A stretch of 64,000 bases of DNA from Antechinus flavipes (Eukaryota), in NCBI RefSeq assembly GCF_016432865.1, contig NC_067403.1:254014001-254078000 (forward strand), in the 5' to 3' direction. Under the pieces are notes generated by a model that saw only the letters and a program-made list of their open reading frames with translations, did no database searches and was not told where the DNA came from. The position numbers were made by a program, and so were the translations under genes. The stretch's first letter is position 1, and every line of letters begins with the position of its first letter. Shown one piece after another: positions 37,749-50,528 of the stretch.

Positions 37749-40700
37749 TCACTTGAGGAAGGCCACCTCGGGGATCTTGCCGCCAGCCTGCAGAGACAGG
37801 AGGGAGCAGGGGCCTGCTGAGACGCTCTGCAGAGACCCAAAGCCTCCGAGCCCACCCCCCAACCTGCCACTTGGGGCTCCCTCTGCGATGCCCGTTCTGG
37901 GGCCAGCGCAGGCGCCTCCGGCCTACCTTGAGCTGCGTGAAGACCTGCGCCGCTCTAGCGAAGTCCCAGTCGTTGTCCTGAAGGCACCTGCCGGAGGAGA
38001 AGAGCGATGCAGCGAGCCCCGGACACTGACCCAGGGCCCGCGCCCCCTGGCCCGAGCACCCACGTGACACACTCGGACCCCGCGATCGCCTCCCGGCCCA
38101 TCGCACTCACTTCTGTGACCATTCCAGGTTCATGCCAGACTGAGTCGAGAAGGTTTGTAACATCTCTTGCTGTTCTGGGGAGAGAGTGGGCACGGGGCTG
38201 GAGGAGGGGGTGGGGGCCGGCATGGCGAAGGCTCGGCGGATTTCATCGGTGGTGGCGTTGCGGATGAAGAGCTTATCGTTCACGATACAGAGCCTGAAAG
38301 ACGACAGGGCGTCGGATCCCGAGCCCTGAAGCCCCGGCCCCGGCCCCACCCCAGAGCCAGGACAGCCCGGGCCACGGCGGCCCTTACCTGGCAGCATTGT
38401 TCGAGGGGACAGCGATGAACACCCGGGAGAACGCTCGCACAGAGTCACGAGATTTCCCGTCCACTGTAGGGGAAAAAGCCAGGTTCCAATCAAGACTCTT
38501 GGAGGCCAAGGTTCAAAGGAGAAAGGTTGGGAGGGGTAAAAGCACAAAGGGCAGCTCACCTTCCTTAAAGACCCCGTGCACAGCAAAGCACAGCAGCGTT
38601 TCCTGAAAGACAGAGGGGGATGGGTGTGCAGAAAGCTGGGCTGGGGGCTCCAGTCCCTCCCTGACCACGGGGCTCAGAGGCTGCTCCCTCCTGGCACTCC
38701 CACCTCTGGGCCCGGGGGCTCACCGTCTGGGCGCAGATGTCCACCACGAAGGAGTTCACGTCATGCAGGGTCTTGGGAAGCTCGTTGAGGAAGGCCACGA
38801 CATTGAGGCGCGTGTGTTTTAGGAGCCGGAACCGCAGCGCTGAGGGCCACAGAGAGGGTGCTGCTGGAGGCCCGCCCCGCCGAACCCCGCCCCCTGCCCT
38901 CCCCACCCAGCCCCCCTCCCCCACTCACTGGGGTCCTTGAGCTTCTTCACGTTCCTACTGTCTTTGAAGTACTCGCTCATGTTGCCCCTAGGACAGGCAA
39001 GCGGAGGGGGGCTGTGACGCAGGCGGGAGCCGCACCTCCCATCCCCGCAAAGCCGCCCCGACGGGGCACTCACCGAGAGGGGTTCTGGCTGGTGAAGGGG
39101 ATGCTGAGGGAGCAGCAAGCCTGGTCGTGGTAGGCGTCCAGCAGCCCCTGCCTGTCCCCAGAGTCATACACAGAGTAATACCTGCAGAGGCAGGAAGGGC
39201 GTCAGAGCGCCCCAGCCCCCCCTCCGCTCCCCCCCGCCCCCCTGCTCCCGCCCCGACACTCACTGCTGCAGGAAGTACAGGACCATGGCCTTCAGGTTTT
39301 CTGATCCAAAGTAGCTGCCCTGCGAGGCGCCCAGAGAGAGAATGCGTGGGTGGGGCCCTGGACCCCCCATTGTCCCTCCCCGTCCCTCTCTGGCCCCTCC
39401 CCCCATCCCGTACCTTGCAGGGTGGGAGAGTAGTGGGAGCTTCCACGTCAAAGGCAATTGGGGGGGGCAACTCATGGCCGTCCTGGGGGAGGCAAGGCAA
39501 GAGTGAGGGTCTGAACTCTGGATTCTGTGGGAACGAACAGGACACAGGAGGGGAGCTGAGGGCCGGACGGAGAGTGGGGGGCTGGGGGACAGAGAGAAAG
39601 CGGGGACCAGAAGGAAGAGGAGAAGGTTCCCAGGCCCGGGGTTAGCGAGCGCAAGCGGGGAGCCCCGAAGCCGGCCCAACTCACCAGCCGCAGCAGCTTG
39701 GGGAAGTGTTCCCGGATGGCGCTGTCAAGAACGGGACAGGAGTGAGCGACACCTCAGAGCCGCCATGTCGCCAGGGCCGCTCTAGGAGCAAACACACCGA
39801 GACCCCAGGCACGGCCCGCCCTGTCCTGGGCCCTGCGGGCGGGGGACCCCGCTGCTCACGTCCCTAGCGTACGCTCGACTACCTAGCCCTGAAGCCCAGC
39901 CTCCTTGCTGACTGTCCCCCTTGCTGAGTGCGTGGGAAGCCATCGCTACTCCCAGACGAGGGGCTCCCTTCTCTTACCTTCCTCATACTCACCTGTGCAG
40001 CCCGGGGGAGGGGGAAAGGGGGTGGGAGCCCAGGGACCCAGCTGCCTCAGATGATGTCCAGCACGGCCGTGAGGCCCAGCCTGGGCCAAGACATACCAGG
40101 GGGTGGGACAGATGTCGAGGAACACAGCGAGAGGCTGGGGAGGGGGGAGGAGCAGAGCGAAGGGGGCGCGGCGGGACAGCAGGGGGGGGAGGAGGGGGAG
40201 GGGGGTCTGGTTGCCTAACACAGGCCTCTGCCGGGGCTGCCCTCTGCCCTACGGTCCAGGGGAAAGGAAGACTAAAGCTTCCGCCGCGCCTCGGCGCTGC
40301 CACCGGGCTGGGTCTCTGCCCTCTGCCTGGGTCCGAATCTGAGCCGGGCACGGGGAGTGGAGCGGCCACGGGGGTGGGAGACGCCCAAAGTCAGGCCCTG
40401 CAAAGCTGGGGGGGTGGGGGTCTCTGCCCCACCTCTGTTGGCCCCCAAATTCTCTCCTGCCGGCCCCTGTGCGACTGTGCCTGTCTTAGGTTGTTCCTCC
40501 CTTGAGGAATCTTACCCGTCTCTGGCTAACCAGCCATCTTCCGGGGCCGAGCAAGGGGTGGGACGTGTGCAAGTGAGGGAGGGTCTGCGCCCCCGAGGGG
40601 GGGGTCATCTCCCCAGTGGCCTGTGCCCCCATAGCTTCCACCCCTGGCTCCTGTCCTGGGCTCCAGGCAGCCCGCGGGCTGTGGGCCCAGCAAAGGTGAC

Positions 40701-43700
40701 AGACTGCGTGAGGGAACGGGGCCGCGTCGCGCCTCCGCGCGGGCCCGAAGGACGGGCGCGCCCAGCTAGGGAAAGTCGGCCTGTCGGAGCAGGCAGGCGT
40801 CGGCGGTACGAGCCCCAGCCCCGCCACGGGGCTCTGCTCTCGGCACCGGGTGCGTTAAGGGGACCGGGGGGCCGAGGGTCCCCAGGGCACTACAGGAAGG
40901 GGTCCCCGCTCCCTCCCCGGAGCAGAGGATGCAGAGGGAAGACACTGGAAGAGGCCATGTGCTAAAGGGGAGAAGCAACAGACGGGGGAGGGGCAGGAAA
41001 CCTTCAAGCCAACCAGACAGACACAGACGAGTACCACAGGGAGTGAGTGGGGTGGGCTCCTCGCTCAGAGGGCAGCTGAATCCGGGTCCGGGCTCCACTC
41101 TCGCAGGCTGGGCCTCCTCGGGACAAACTATCTCATCCCCCCGGGGGGGCCGGTCCCCAGGAGGGGAATCAGGGGCTGGCACTGACCTAATGTAGGAGGA
41201 CTGGTCCCGGAAAGCGTCACAGAGCGGGTTCCCTACGAGCCACAGCTCGTCCAGCTTCAGCCTCTTCACCTTGTCCAGCTCTCGCTCAGTCTTCAGCTGC
41301 AGGAGAAGCAGACGGGGGACCCTGGGGCTCTCCCAAGCCGGGCCCCAAGGCGCACCCCCCCCCCCCACCCCCCCAACTCTCCGGCTCTCACCTCATTCCC
41401 AGAAAGGTTCAGGATCTTGAGATTTGGCGCCTTCTGCACAATCTCTGAAAAATCGTCCAGCCGGTACAGCCGGTTGTTGCTCAGATTCAACGACAGCAGC
41501 TGGTGGGGGGGGAACGAGACAATCAGTGAGGGGAAGGGGGGGAGCACGGGGAGCAGGGGCCTGGCCCAGCCTCCCCCCTCCCCCCAGGGGCTGCAGGGCC
41601 CACCTCGGGGATGTTTTCCTCGATGATCCGGAGGGCAGCAGACATGCAGTTTCTTCTATTTAGGATGACGTCGATGTTCTGGGCAACCAAGTCTGTAGGT
41701 GTGGAGGACAAAGGAACAGGCATTCAAACAAGGGTTGGCCCGGAGACCCCCCAGCCACCGTGCGCCTGCCAGGGGCCATACCTGGGTCTGTGCGCAGGCC
41801 CTTCAGGTCCAGGGCCTGCTGGGAACCATCATAGCGCTTGCTCATGACAAACTGCAGGAAAGGAAAAGATGGCAGAGTCAGAGCCATAAGAAGCAAGTCT
41901 CAGACTTGGGGAGGGAGAGACTGGCACCAGGGCCGCGAAGGCGGCAGCAAGGGCAAGAGACGGGCAGGAGGAGGGGCACGATGCCTCCGGACCTCACCTT
42001 GAGCTGCTCCACCTGCTCAGGCTTGAGATCATTCTGCACCCACTGGGGAGGAGCGGATGGGTTGATTATGACTGATATCTGCAGGGAGGGCACAAAAGGG
42101 GCAGTCAGCACTCCTCTACCCTCAGTGCTCCAGGGTCCTATGGCTGGCACCCCGAAAGCCCTTCCTACCCTTCCCAGTGCTCCAGGGTCCTATGGCTGGC
42201 ACCCCAAAAGCCCTTCCTACCCTTCTGTTTTCTCGGTCCAGAATCTTGTGGTTCACGGCCTTGATGGCGGACGCTGTGCTGGCATCCTCCACAAAGAACT
42301 GGGCCCGGGTGTTCTCATAGTGAAACTGGGGAGGGGACAGGCAGAGACCAGAGTCTGACATCACTGATTCCTTCTCCAAAGTCTCTTCTCATGGCCCCCC
42401 CAACAAGACATCGGACAGAACCTCAGAATGGAGAATTCTCCAAACCCACCGAGGAAGGCGCCCTCCCACCCCAGCCCGCGGCCATTATGAATCAGCTCTA
42501 ATAGCCCCGATTGTGCCCTCTATGCCCCGACATTCCCGTCATCTGAGGCCAGAATGACTTAAGCCTCTTCCACAACTGTCATCCGGGCTGGAAGGCAGCT
42601 GCCTAGGGGTACAGGGGCGGTGTTTAATGGCTGCTCGTGCCCAAGCCCGCAGCCCGGCAGAGAGGATCCAGCGGCAGGCCCGTACCTCCACAGGATTGAA
42701 GGGGACATTGCATTTGCTCTGGATTGAGTTCAGCAGCCACGTCTTGTCATACTTCCGGCCATAAGGGATCTGGGGAGGTTTGAAGGAGAAAGAGGAATTA
42801 GGGGAGCAGAACGGGCCACTTCTGCAGGGCTCCAGGACTCTGATAAGACTTAAACAGCCAATTTAACAGCATTGCTCTTTTTATGCCCAAAGGCGCGCTC
42901 TTCCAAACTCAAGGGCCCTGGAGATCCCCCCAAGCCCAGGGGACCTTCCTGGTCGGGGAGCACAGAGACCTCGCTGGGCGGACCCCGCTCTGCACCCAGG
43001 AATGGCACTCACTGTGATCCTGAACCAGTTTTTGGAGGCTGCGTCCAGGCTGGAGCCAGGGGTGCTTCCTCTGTCCTGGCCGGGCCTGTCTCGGCGCACG
43101 GTGACATGAATCCTGTCTCGATCGTGCCAGTTGTCTCCTCCCCTCCGGTTAGGTCGTGAGTTGTAAGGTGCGCTGCGGAAAAAGGAAGGAACGAGCGGCT
43201 TAGGTGGCCCCTTTCCAGGGGCTCAGACTCTCTGCACAGCCACTGGTCGGGGACCAAGCACTGCGCAAGTGGCGGATGCTTAATCAACACCTGTTGGATG
43301 GTCAGAAGGAGCGTCACTAACTGGGGGAGGGTCAGGGCACATTCAGCAGCCTAGGACTAATTTCAGAAAGAAATGGCAACTAACCTCTCGCCCCTGGGGG
43401 AGGGGGTCAGCTAGGGGAGGAGATCTGCTTCCTCCTTCCTTCTGCTGGGAGTGGGTACTTACTACCGGGATCGGGGGCCATCCTGGGCGTCACTCATGGC
43501 CACATCGCCGTCATCCTCCTCCAGGCGTGGGGCTCGGGGACCAGGGCCGCCACGGTTCCGGGGCCGGGAATTAGTCTCACCATATTTCCATCGGAAGGGG
43601 CCCCGGCCTTTCTTCCGTCTTTGGGGGAAACTACCCCCAACGCGGTCATCGTGCTCTGGAGGGAGGAACAGAGATACAAATCAGAAACCAAAAGAAGAAC

Positions 43701-46700
43701 TCCTCAACAAAGCACTTACTGGTTGCAAACGCACTCTCTGAAGGCAGCTGAACACGCTGGAGACCAGAGGATCCACGACAATGCCATTTCTAACAGGTGT
43801 TCCACCATGAGGGGCAAAATGCTCTGACTCAAATGGAGGCTGAATTAAGGAGGAAAGACTAGAGGAGCAGGGACCGAATCCTTGGGAGGACAACACAAGA
43901 TTATGTGTTGTATCAACTGTGATGAACTCGTGTCTTCTCAGCAATGAATTCAGGATAATTCCAATAGATTTGGGATGGGAAAATGCCATCTGCAGCCAGA
44001 GAGAATGGTGGAGACTGAATGGGGATTGAAGCACAGTCTTTTCACCAATTTTTTTTGGGGGGTCCTTTTTTTGTCTACCCCTCGCCCCCCCCATCGGTCT
44101 AATTTTTCTTGCAGAACAAAACAAACACGGAAATGTGCTTAAAAGGCTTGGACGTGTATAACCTATAGCAGATTGTTTGCCGTCTTGGGGAGGAAGAAAA
44201 AAGTCGGAAGACAAAATCATCCGAAAGAACAACAGAGTAGGGCGAGAACAGAGGACAAGCTCCAGTTCTGATGAAGCGGCTGGGCCAAAGGCTAAGGAAG
44301 CTCAGCCGGAAATCCTTCTAGAGCTGAAAGTCCGATGCTGTGAGGGTCTGCAATGTAAAATCTATGAACTAAGGAAAGCTGGATGGGTCACATAGGAGGT
44401 GCCAACGATGACATCTTGGGTGTCAGAAACTTCAATGGACGGCAACGGGTGAATCTAATTCTGGTGATCAGTACGTAGATTATTGGGGGCGTGAATCCCT
44501 TAGAAGAAATGGAACAGCCCTCACATCAACAAAAGGGTGACTCCTGGGATATAATCTCCAAAACAATCTCAAACTATCTGTTTGAATCCAAGGCAAACTG
44601 TTCAACATCATAGTATTACAAATCTATGCTCCAAACACCGATGCTGAAAGAGTCAAAAGTGATCAGTTCTATGAAGACTTTACTATCTTCTAGAAATAAC
44701 GCCCCCCCCCCCCGCCCCCATTCATGTCACATTTATCACCGGGGAATTGAATGCTAAAGTAGGGAATCAAAAAATAATTGGAATAAGAGGCAAGTGTGGC
44801 CTTGGAATACAAAATGAAGCAGGGCAGAAACTAACAGTTTTATCGTGATAACTTGCTGGTCATAGCAAACATTCTTTTTCAACAACTCAAGCGCTAACTC
44901 TACACATGGACATTGCCAGATGGTCAAAACTAAAATTAAATAAGACCTGGAGCTGACTGTGGCTCATATCATAAGCGTTTTACTGAAGAATAACATTAAA
45001 GCCTTTGACTGCATGGATCACAATAAAATGTGGCAAGTCCAAAAAGATGGGAGCTTGTCTCCTGAGGAAAAGAAGCAACACTTAAAACCTGAACTTGGAA
45101 CAACAAACTGGTTTAAGATTAGGAAAAGAGTAGAGGCAAGACTACTATGGGCCAGAACTTGAAACAAGGTAGCTAAGTCACTGGAATTGATAGACACAAT
45201 GCTTATGTACTTAGTACCTATTAGAGTTCACACCTTTAAGAGAGCATATATAAGGAGGAGGAGTTCCCACAAGCCCACTCTCTCGGAAGCAGAGTCAGAT
45301 TCATTCCATTTTCCACCGTTGTGCTGGCTGGAGGCTTTGGATTCAGAGGGAGCTAGAGGCTAAAGCTGGAAGAGACAAAAGGACTAGTGGCAAGAGCTCT
45401 TGGAACCAAGGAGAGAGACAGGCCTCTAAGAAAGCTAACTGAGCCCAAGGAAGGACACGACTTGGATGGAGAAAATAAAGGATTTGGACTTTAACTCCTG
45501 GCTGCATTTGAGGCGATTATTACTCTGAACTAAAACAAAGGCTGCCTCCAGAAACTCCCCAAGAAACCTGTTCCCGGAGAACATTATATTTTAGAGAAGA
45601 AAATATTACACAAGACTATATAATATCTACTTTACTTAACTTATATGTAGAGTACATCATGCAAAACGCCAGGCTAGATGAATCAAAAGCTGGAATTAAG
45701 CTTGCTGGGAGATGTACCACTGTGATTGCAGAAAGTGAAAGGGAATTAAGAAGCCTCTTGATGAGGGGGAAAGAGGAGCGCATAAAAGCTGGCTTGAAGC
45801 CATTCTCCAATTGATAAATGGTCAAAGGATAAGAATAGACAATTTTCAGATGAAGAAATTGAAACTATTTCTAGTCATATGAAAAGATGCTTTAAATCAC
45901 TATTGATCAGAGAAATGCAAATTAAGACACCTCTGAGATACCACTACACACCTCTAAGATTGGCTAGAATGACAGGAAAAGATAATGACGAATGTTGCAG
46001 GGGATGTGGGAAAACTGGGACACTGATACATTGTTGATGGGAGTTGTGAACGTATCCAACCATTCTGGAGAACAATTTGGAACTATGCTCAAAAAGCTAT
46101 CAAACTGTGCATCCTCTTTTACCCAGTAGTGTTTCTACTGGGTTTGTATCCCAAAGAGATCTTAAAGAAGGGAAAGAGACCTGTATGTGCAAGAATGTTT
46201 GTAGCAGAAACTGGAAACTAAGTAGATGCCCATCAGTTGGAGAATGGCTGAATAAATTGTGGTATATGAATGTTATGGAATATTATTGTTCTGTAAGGAA
46301 TGACCAGCAGGATGAATACAGAGAGGCTTGGAGAGACTTACATGAACTGATGCTGGGTGAAATGAGCAGAACCAGGAGATCATTATATACTTCAACATGA
46401 TACTATATGAGGATGTATTCTGATGGAAGTGGATTTCTTTGACAAAGAGAAGATCTAACTCAGTTCCAACTGATCAAGGATGGACAGAAGCAGCTACACC
46501 CAAAGAAAGAACACTGGGATATGAATGTAAACTATTTGCATTTTTGTTTTGCTTCCCGGGTTATTTTTACCTTCTGAATCCAATTCTCCCTGGGCAACAA
46601 GAGAACTGTTCGGTTCTGCAAACATATATTGTATCTAGGATATACTGCAACATATTTAACATATATAGGACTGCTTGCCATCTAGGGGAGGGGGTGGAGG

Positions 46701-49700
46701 GAGGGGAAAAATCGGAACAGAAGCGAGTGCAAGGGATAATGTTGTAAAAAAAAAAAAATTACCCTGGCATGGGTTCTGTCAATAAAAAAGGTTATTATAA
46801 AAAAAAAATAACTTTTTTTAAAAAAAAGATTATACGATGATCAATTCTGATGGACGTGGCTCTCAAACCAGTTCCATTTGTTCAGTGATGAAGAGAGAGT
46901 CAGCTACACCCAGAGAGAGGATCGTGGGGGCTGAATGTGGAACACAACATAGCATTTTCACTCTTTCTGTTGATGTCTGCTTCCATTTTGTTTTCCTTCT
47001 CAGGTTTTTTTTCTTTCTAGATCTGATTTTTCTTGTACAACAGGATAACTGTTTAAATATGCATACATATGTTGGATTTAATATATATTTTAACATATTT
47101 AACATGTATTGGACTACCTGCCATCTGGGGGAGGGGGTGGAGGGAAGGAGGGGAAAATTTGGAACAGAAAGTTTTGCAAGGGTCAATGTTGAAAAATTAC
47201 CCATGCGTGTTTTGTAAATAAAAAGCTTTAATTAAAAAAAAAAAACTCATCAAGTTTAACATTAAAGAAAAAATAGGATCTTGACAACTGGCCCCATAAC
47301 TTCCTGGCAAATAGAAGAAAAGGAAGCAACATCCGATTTTATATTCTGGGGCTCAAGGATCACTGCAGACAGTGATTGCAGCCATGAAATTGAGAGATGC
47401 TCGCTCCTTGGAAGGAAAGCAGACTAAAGAGCAGAGACAGCACCTTATTGACAGAGGGCTGTGGAATCAAAGCTTTGGCTTTTCCAGTAGCAATGTCTGG
47501 CTGTGAGAAATGGATTAGAAGGAAAGCTGAATGCTGCAGAGAGGCCTTTGGACAAGCAGATCCGAATCGGTCGATACTTAGATTAATTCAAGCAACTCGC
47601 CGGAAGATCAAATAGTGAAGCTTTGGCCACAGAAGATGGGAGCCAATGAGCTCGGACAGACTTCTGGAGAGAGTGGAGGACAGAAGTCTGGCGAGCTGTG
47701 GCTCGTGGGTCACAAAAAGTAGGACCAAATGACTGCACGACCAAGAACTATTTCCCAAAAGATAAATGGTACAAGAACAGGCACTTTTCAAAGGAAGAGA
47801 TCCAAGCTCTTCGAAGGGATAAAACTGTCTCTTGTGCTTCTCTGTTCCCCATCATGTAGCAGAGAGTGAGGGACACAGAGCTAGGCGCTTCATAAACGCT
47901 TGCCTGACTCTCAACAAGGAACTTCTCCTGGGAGAGCACCCCCAGGGGCTTGCCACCCTAGGGGTGTGTGCTTTACCAGAACCCCAGCGGGTGAGCGCCA
48001 GCCTGGGTCTCTGCAGGGGCAGGGCACCGGTGCCCCACACCACAGTGTTCAGCCTCCCTTCCTCATCTGCCCCCAAGCAGGACTTTCCCCGCAAGGGCCT
48101 CCCAGCCAGGCTGATCCCCCTGCTTCCCAAGCATCCCGCTTTATTTTTTCCGTAGATGAGTCCCCACTCCTCACATTTCTAAAAATGCGACCTTTGCCAT
48201 CCCCTAAGAAGATGCTCCCCCGACTCGGGGAAGCCAAGCACACAAACACTCTGGTGGCAGAACCGGGAAGGAGCCCGAGCGCTCCGGACAGCGTTGGGAA
48301 TCACGCTGGAAAACCGTCTTTTACACTCCAAAGGTCAGACAGAAAGGCCCTATCCTCCAAATACTCCCAGCGGCCCTGTGAGTGCTGGAAACAGAAAGAG
48401 CTGGAACAAAGACTCTGCCCATCAATGCAGGGGTGACTAAACAAACTATGGGGAGGAAGAGAATGGAACATCATGGCACCGGGCGCAACAATGACCAGGA
48501 AGAAGCCGGAGAGGCCTGACCCACGCGCAGCAGGTTAGAGGAGGCCCTCGGGCACCCACACCACTGCACCCAGTGTAATTACAAGGACTTCAGGACCGGG
48601 GAGGAGGCGTGTCCTGCCACAATAGTGGGGAGCCACAGGGGCCAGACTCTGCCAGCACGAGCAGGAGGGAAGGCTCTGCGGGGAGCAGAGCAGAGTGTGA
48701 TGGAAAAACAAGTGTCAATTAACTTGACAAACTTGGAAAACCAATCTGCCCCTCTCACCTCCCCCCCAATCCAAAGCCAAAGCCAGACCCATCCCCCTCT
48801 CCTTCCTTGGGCCTTGTCTCAGGTGCTGCTCATCTCCTGACAGGCTTCCCAGCCCTTCTCTCTGTGCTACCCCCCCCCAAGGCCTCTGGAAGCTAACTCC
48901 CATTATAGTCACCTGGGTCCACGCTTTACCTGCACAGGTAGGCAGGGATCACTGCATCACAGACCCAGAGCTGGAAGGAAGCTCAAAAGCTATTTTACAG
49001 AAGAGGAAACAAAGACTCAGAGAAAGAATCTCAACTCAGACCCTTGACTCCAGGGGGTCGCCTTGCCAATGTACTTTGACCAGCTCCTGGGGAGCGCCCC
49101 CGGGGCCTTCTCTTTCACCCAGTCACCAGCCTCCGGTGGTCGCCGCCGTGCAGTCTCTGGGGTCCCTGATTCTCCTCTCAAATCCAAGCCCAACCAGGAT
49201 GGCGGCAATAGGAGCTGCCCTTCCTAGCTGTGAGACCCTGACCAAGTCCCTTACTTCTGACTGGAGACAACAGCGGCCCCAACTTCCTCCTTCCCCAAGC
49301 CCCGCCAGCAGCCTTTCTCTCCAGGCCCCTCTGGGGGGTCTGGGCCTTCCCTGCACAAGGGCTGCCCTTCCTCACACCTGGAGCTCTAGGGACTCCCAGG
49401 TCCTTTCCTGGCCCCTCCCCCAATACCGAGTCCCTCTGCTGCGGGCTGCTCCCCCAGACACAGAGACGACTCCTTTGGATCTCCTCTGACCGACTGGAGC
49501 AGCAGCAGTGCAGTGCCCAGCGCCCAGGGCCGGGATTCCCCGGGACAAGTGTTCTTTGACCACAGGCCCCAGACCTCAGCCCTCTCATGGGGGCCCAGCC
49601 GGGGAAGCCCTCGATCCCCCCCTTCACCCCAACCCCCTTAGCCCTTGGCTCTTTCCGCACCTGCAATTCTCAGGACCCTTTCCCTACGGACCCCCTGCCA

Positions 49701-50528
49701 AGAACTGCCGTGGGAGTCCCATCTCCCGGTGTCTGCCATCGCGGACCCCCGAGGGAGTCGTGGGGGCACCGGCCTAGGTCCGAGGGCCCTCCGCAAGACC
49801 AGCTTCTACGCCAGCTCCTCGCGGCGCTTAGCCTCCATCTCCCACAGGCGGTTTAGGCGGGTTGGGCCGCGCCGGGCCCCCTCCCCTTCCAAGCCAAGCC
49901 GCGGTCTTCTCCCCGCTGGCTGGATGCTGTGCCCCCGGACTCGGGCCCCTCGCGGAGATTCAGACCGCACCAAAGATGCGACAAGAAAACACGCACAAGA
50001 GGCCACGCGTGGCCGCCCTTCGGTGCCTTCCTGGAGGCTGGCACGCGTGCTCTCGTTTCCCTGGGGAAACTGAGTTACCGGTTTCAAGGTCACTAAGGGT
50101 GGGGTGAGCCTTAGGACACCCCCCCTTTGGGGGGCTCCCCCCCGCGGCCGCCCCTCCCCCGCCTCCCGTTCCGGGGAGAAGCGAAAAGCACCCGCGCCAG
50201 GGCCGCCCCTCCCCCAGCCCGGACGCTCCCGGTGGGAGGCACGCGGTCCCGGGGGTGGGGAGCTCGAGTCCCACGGTTATGGCGCGCCCCTGGCCTCGAG
50301 CCTGCGCGCGCGCCCCCACCCGCCGCGCGCGTCCCCGCAGCCTCAGGGGCGCCATTCGCGTCTCGAGGCGCGCCCCCGCCGCCCGCCCCCGAGCGCTCCA
50401 CCGAGCTCTTGGGCCGGGGGCCTCGGCTTCATCCCTCCCAGGCCCTGACCTCCGCCCACGGCTCGCGGCTCCCGCCTGAGGCCCGAGCCCTGGCACTCAC
50501 CGATGTACGACTTGCCCTCGTCCGCCAT
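37749..50528 (-). CDS. NXF1: Nuclear RNA export factor 1 (TAP), 21 exons, 624 aa
   Basis: Exons on minus: 50528-50501, 43655-43463, 43172-43013, 42769-42686, 42325-42221, 42078-41998, 41851-41782, 41692-41604, 41499-41392, 41296-41187, 39721-39685, 39482-39414, 39319-39264, 39181-39074, 38987-38929, 38839-38724, 38602-38560, 38463-38388, 38293-38111, 37987-37927, 37787-37749; total 1875 nt. [43 protein letters not shown]. Poly(A) signal at 37229-37224. Confidence 0.97.
40470..40545 (-). promoter_or_regulatory. Constitutive transport element (CTE), an RNA export element in NXF1 intron 10
   Basis: The minus strand reads AGCCAGAGACGGGTAAGA-TTCCTC-AAGG-GAGGAA-CAACCTAAGACAGG. It contains both signature strands of the MPMV CTE loop (GACGGGUAAGA and AACCUAAGACAGG) around a perfect 6-bp hairpin. 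A CTE in NXF1 intron 10 is established in mammals. Confidence 0.92.
42123..42225. repeat. 52-bp tandem duplication containing the NXF1 exon 5 splice donor
   Basis: cagtgctccagggtcctatggctggcacccc(g/a)aaagcccttcctacccttc at 42123 and again at 42175. Confidence 0.9.
43720..44250 (+). mobile_element. L1 3' fragment
   Basis: 'ataattccaatagatttgggatgggaaaatgccatctgcagccagagag..acgtgtataacctatagcagattgtttgccgtcttgggga' is L1 3'-end type sequence. Confidence 0.65.
45146..45610 (+). mobile_element. Solo LTR inserted in the RTE
   Basis: Runs from ta/tgtgggccagaacttgaaac to gaaaatattaca with an internal AATAAA. Flanked by caagacta(c) and caagacta(t). Related to 19677-20101. Confidence 0.7.
45801..47245 (+). 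mobile_element. 5'-truncated L1 (ORF2 C-terminus plus 3' UTR and poly(A)), followed by a second L1 3' end
   Basis: 45843 onward translates as [51 protein letters not shown], the L1 ORF2 Cys-rich region. A-tails at ~46746-46830 and ~47234-47245. Confidence 0.85.

Larger units (their letters stand above)
44255..47745 (+). mobile_element. BovB-like RTE LINE, decayed and internally deleted, interrupted by an LTR and L1s
   Basis: Segments resemble BovB consensus text: gaatcccttagaagaaatgga (APE domain), gacctggagctgactgtggctca, aaagcctttgactg..ggatcacaataaa, ttaacttatatgtagagtacatcatg (RT), atcactgcagac..gcagccatgaaatt, and the 3' end gggtcacaaaaagtaggac. The pieces are 44255-45145, 45611-45800 and 47250-47745. 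Confidence 0.8.
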
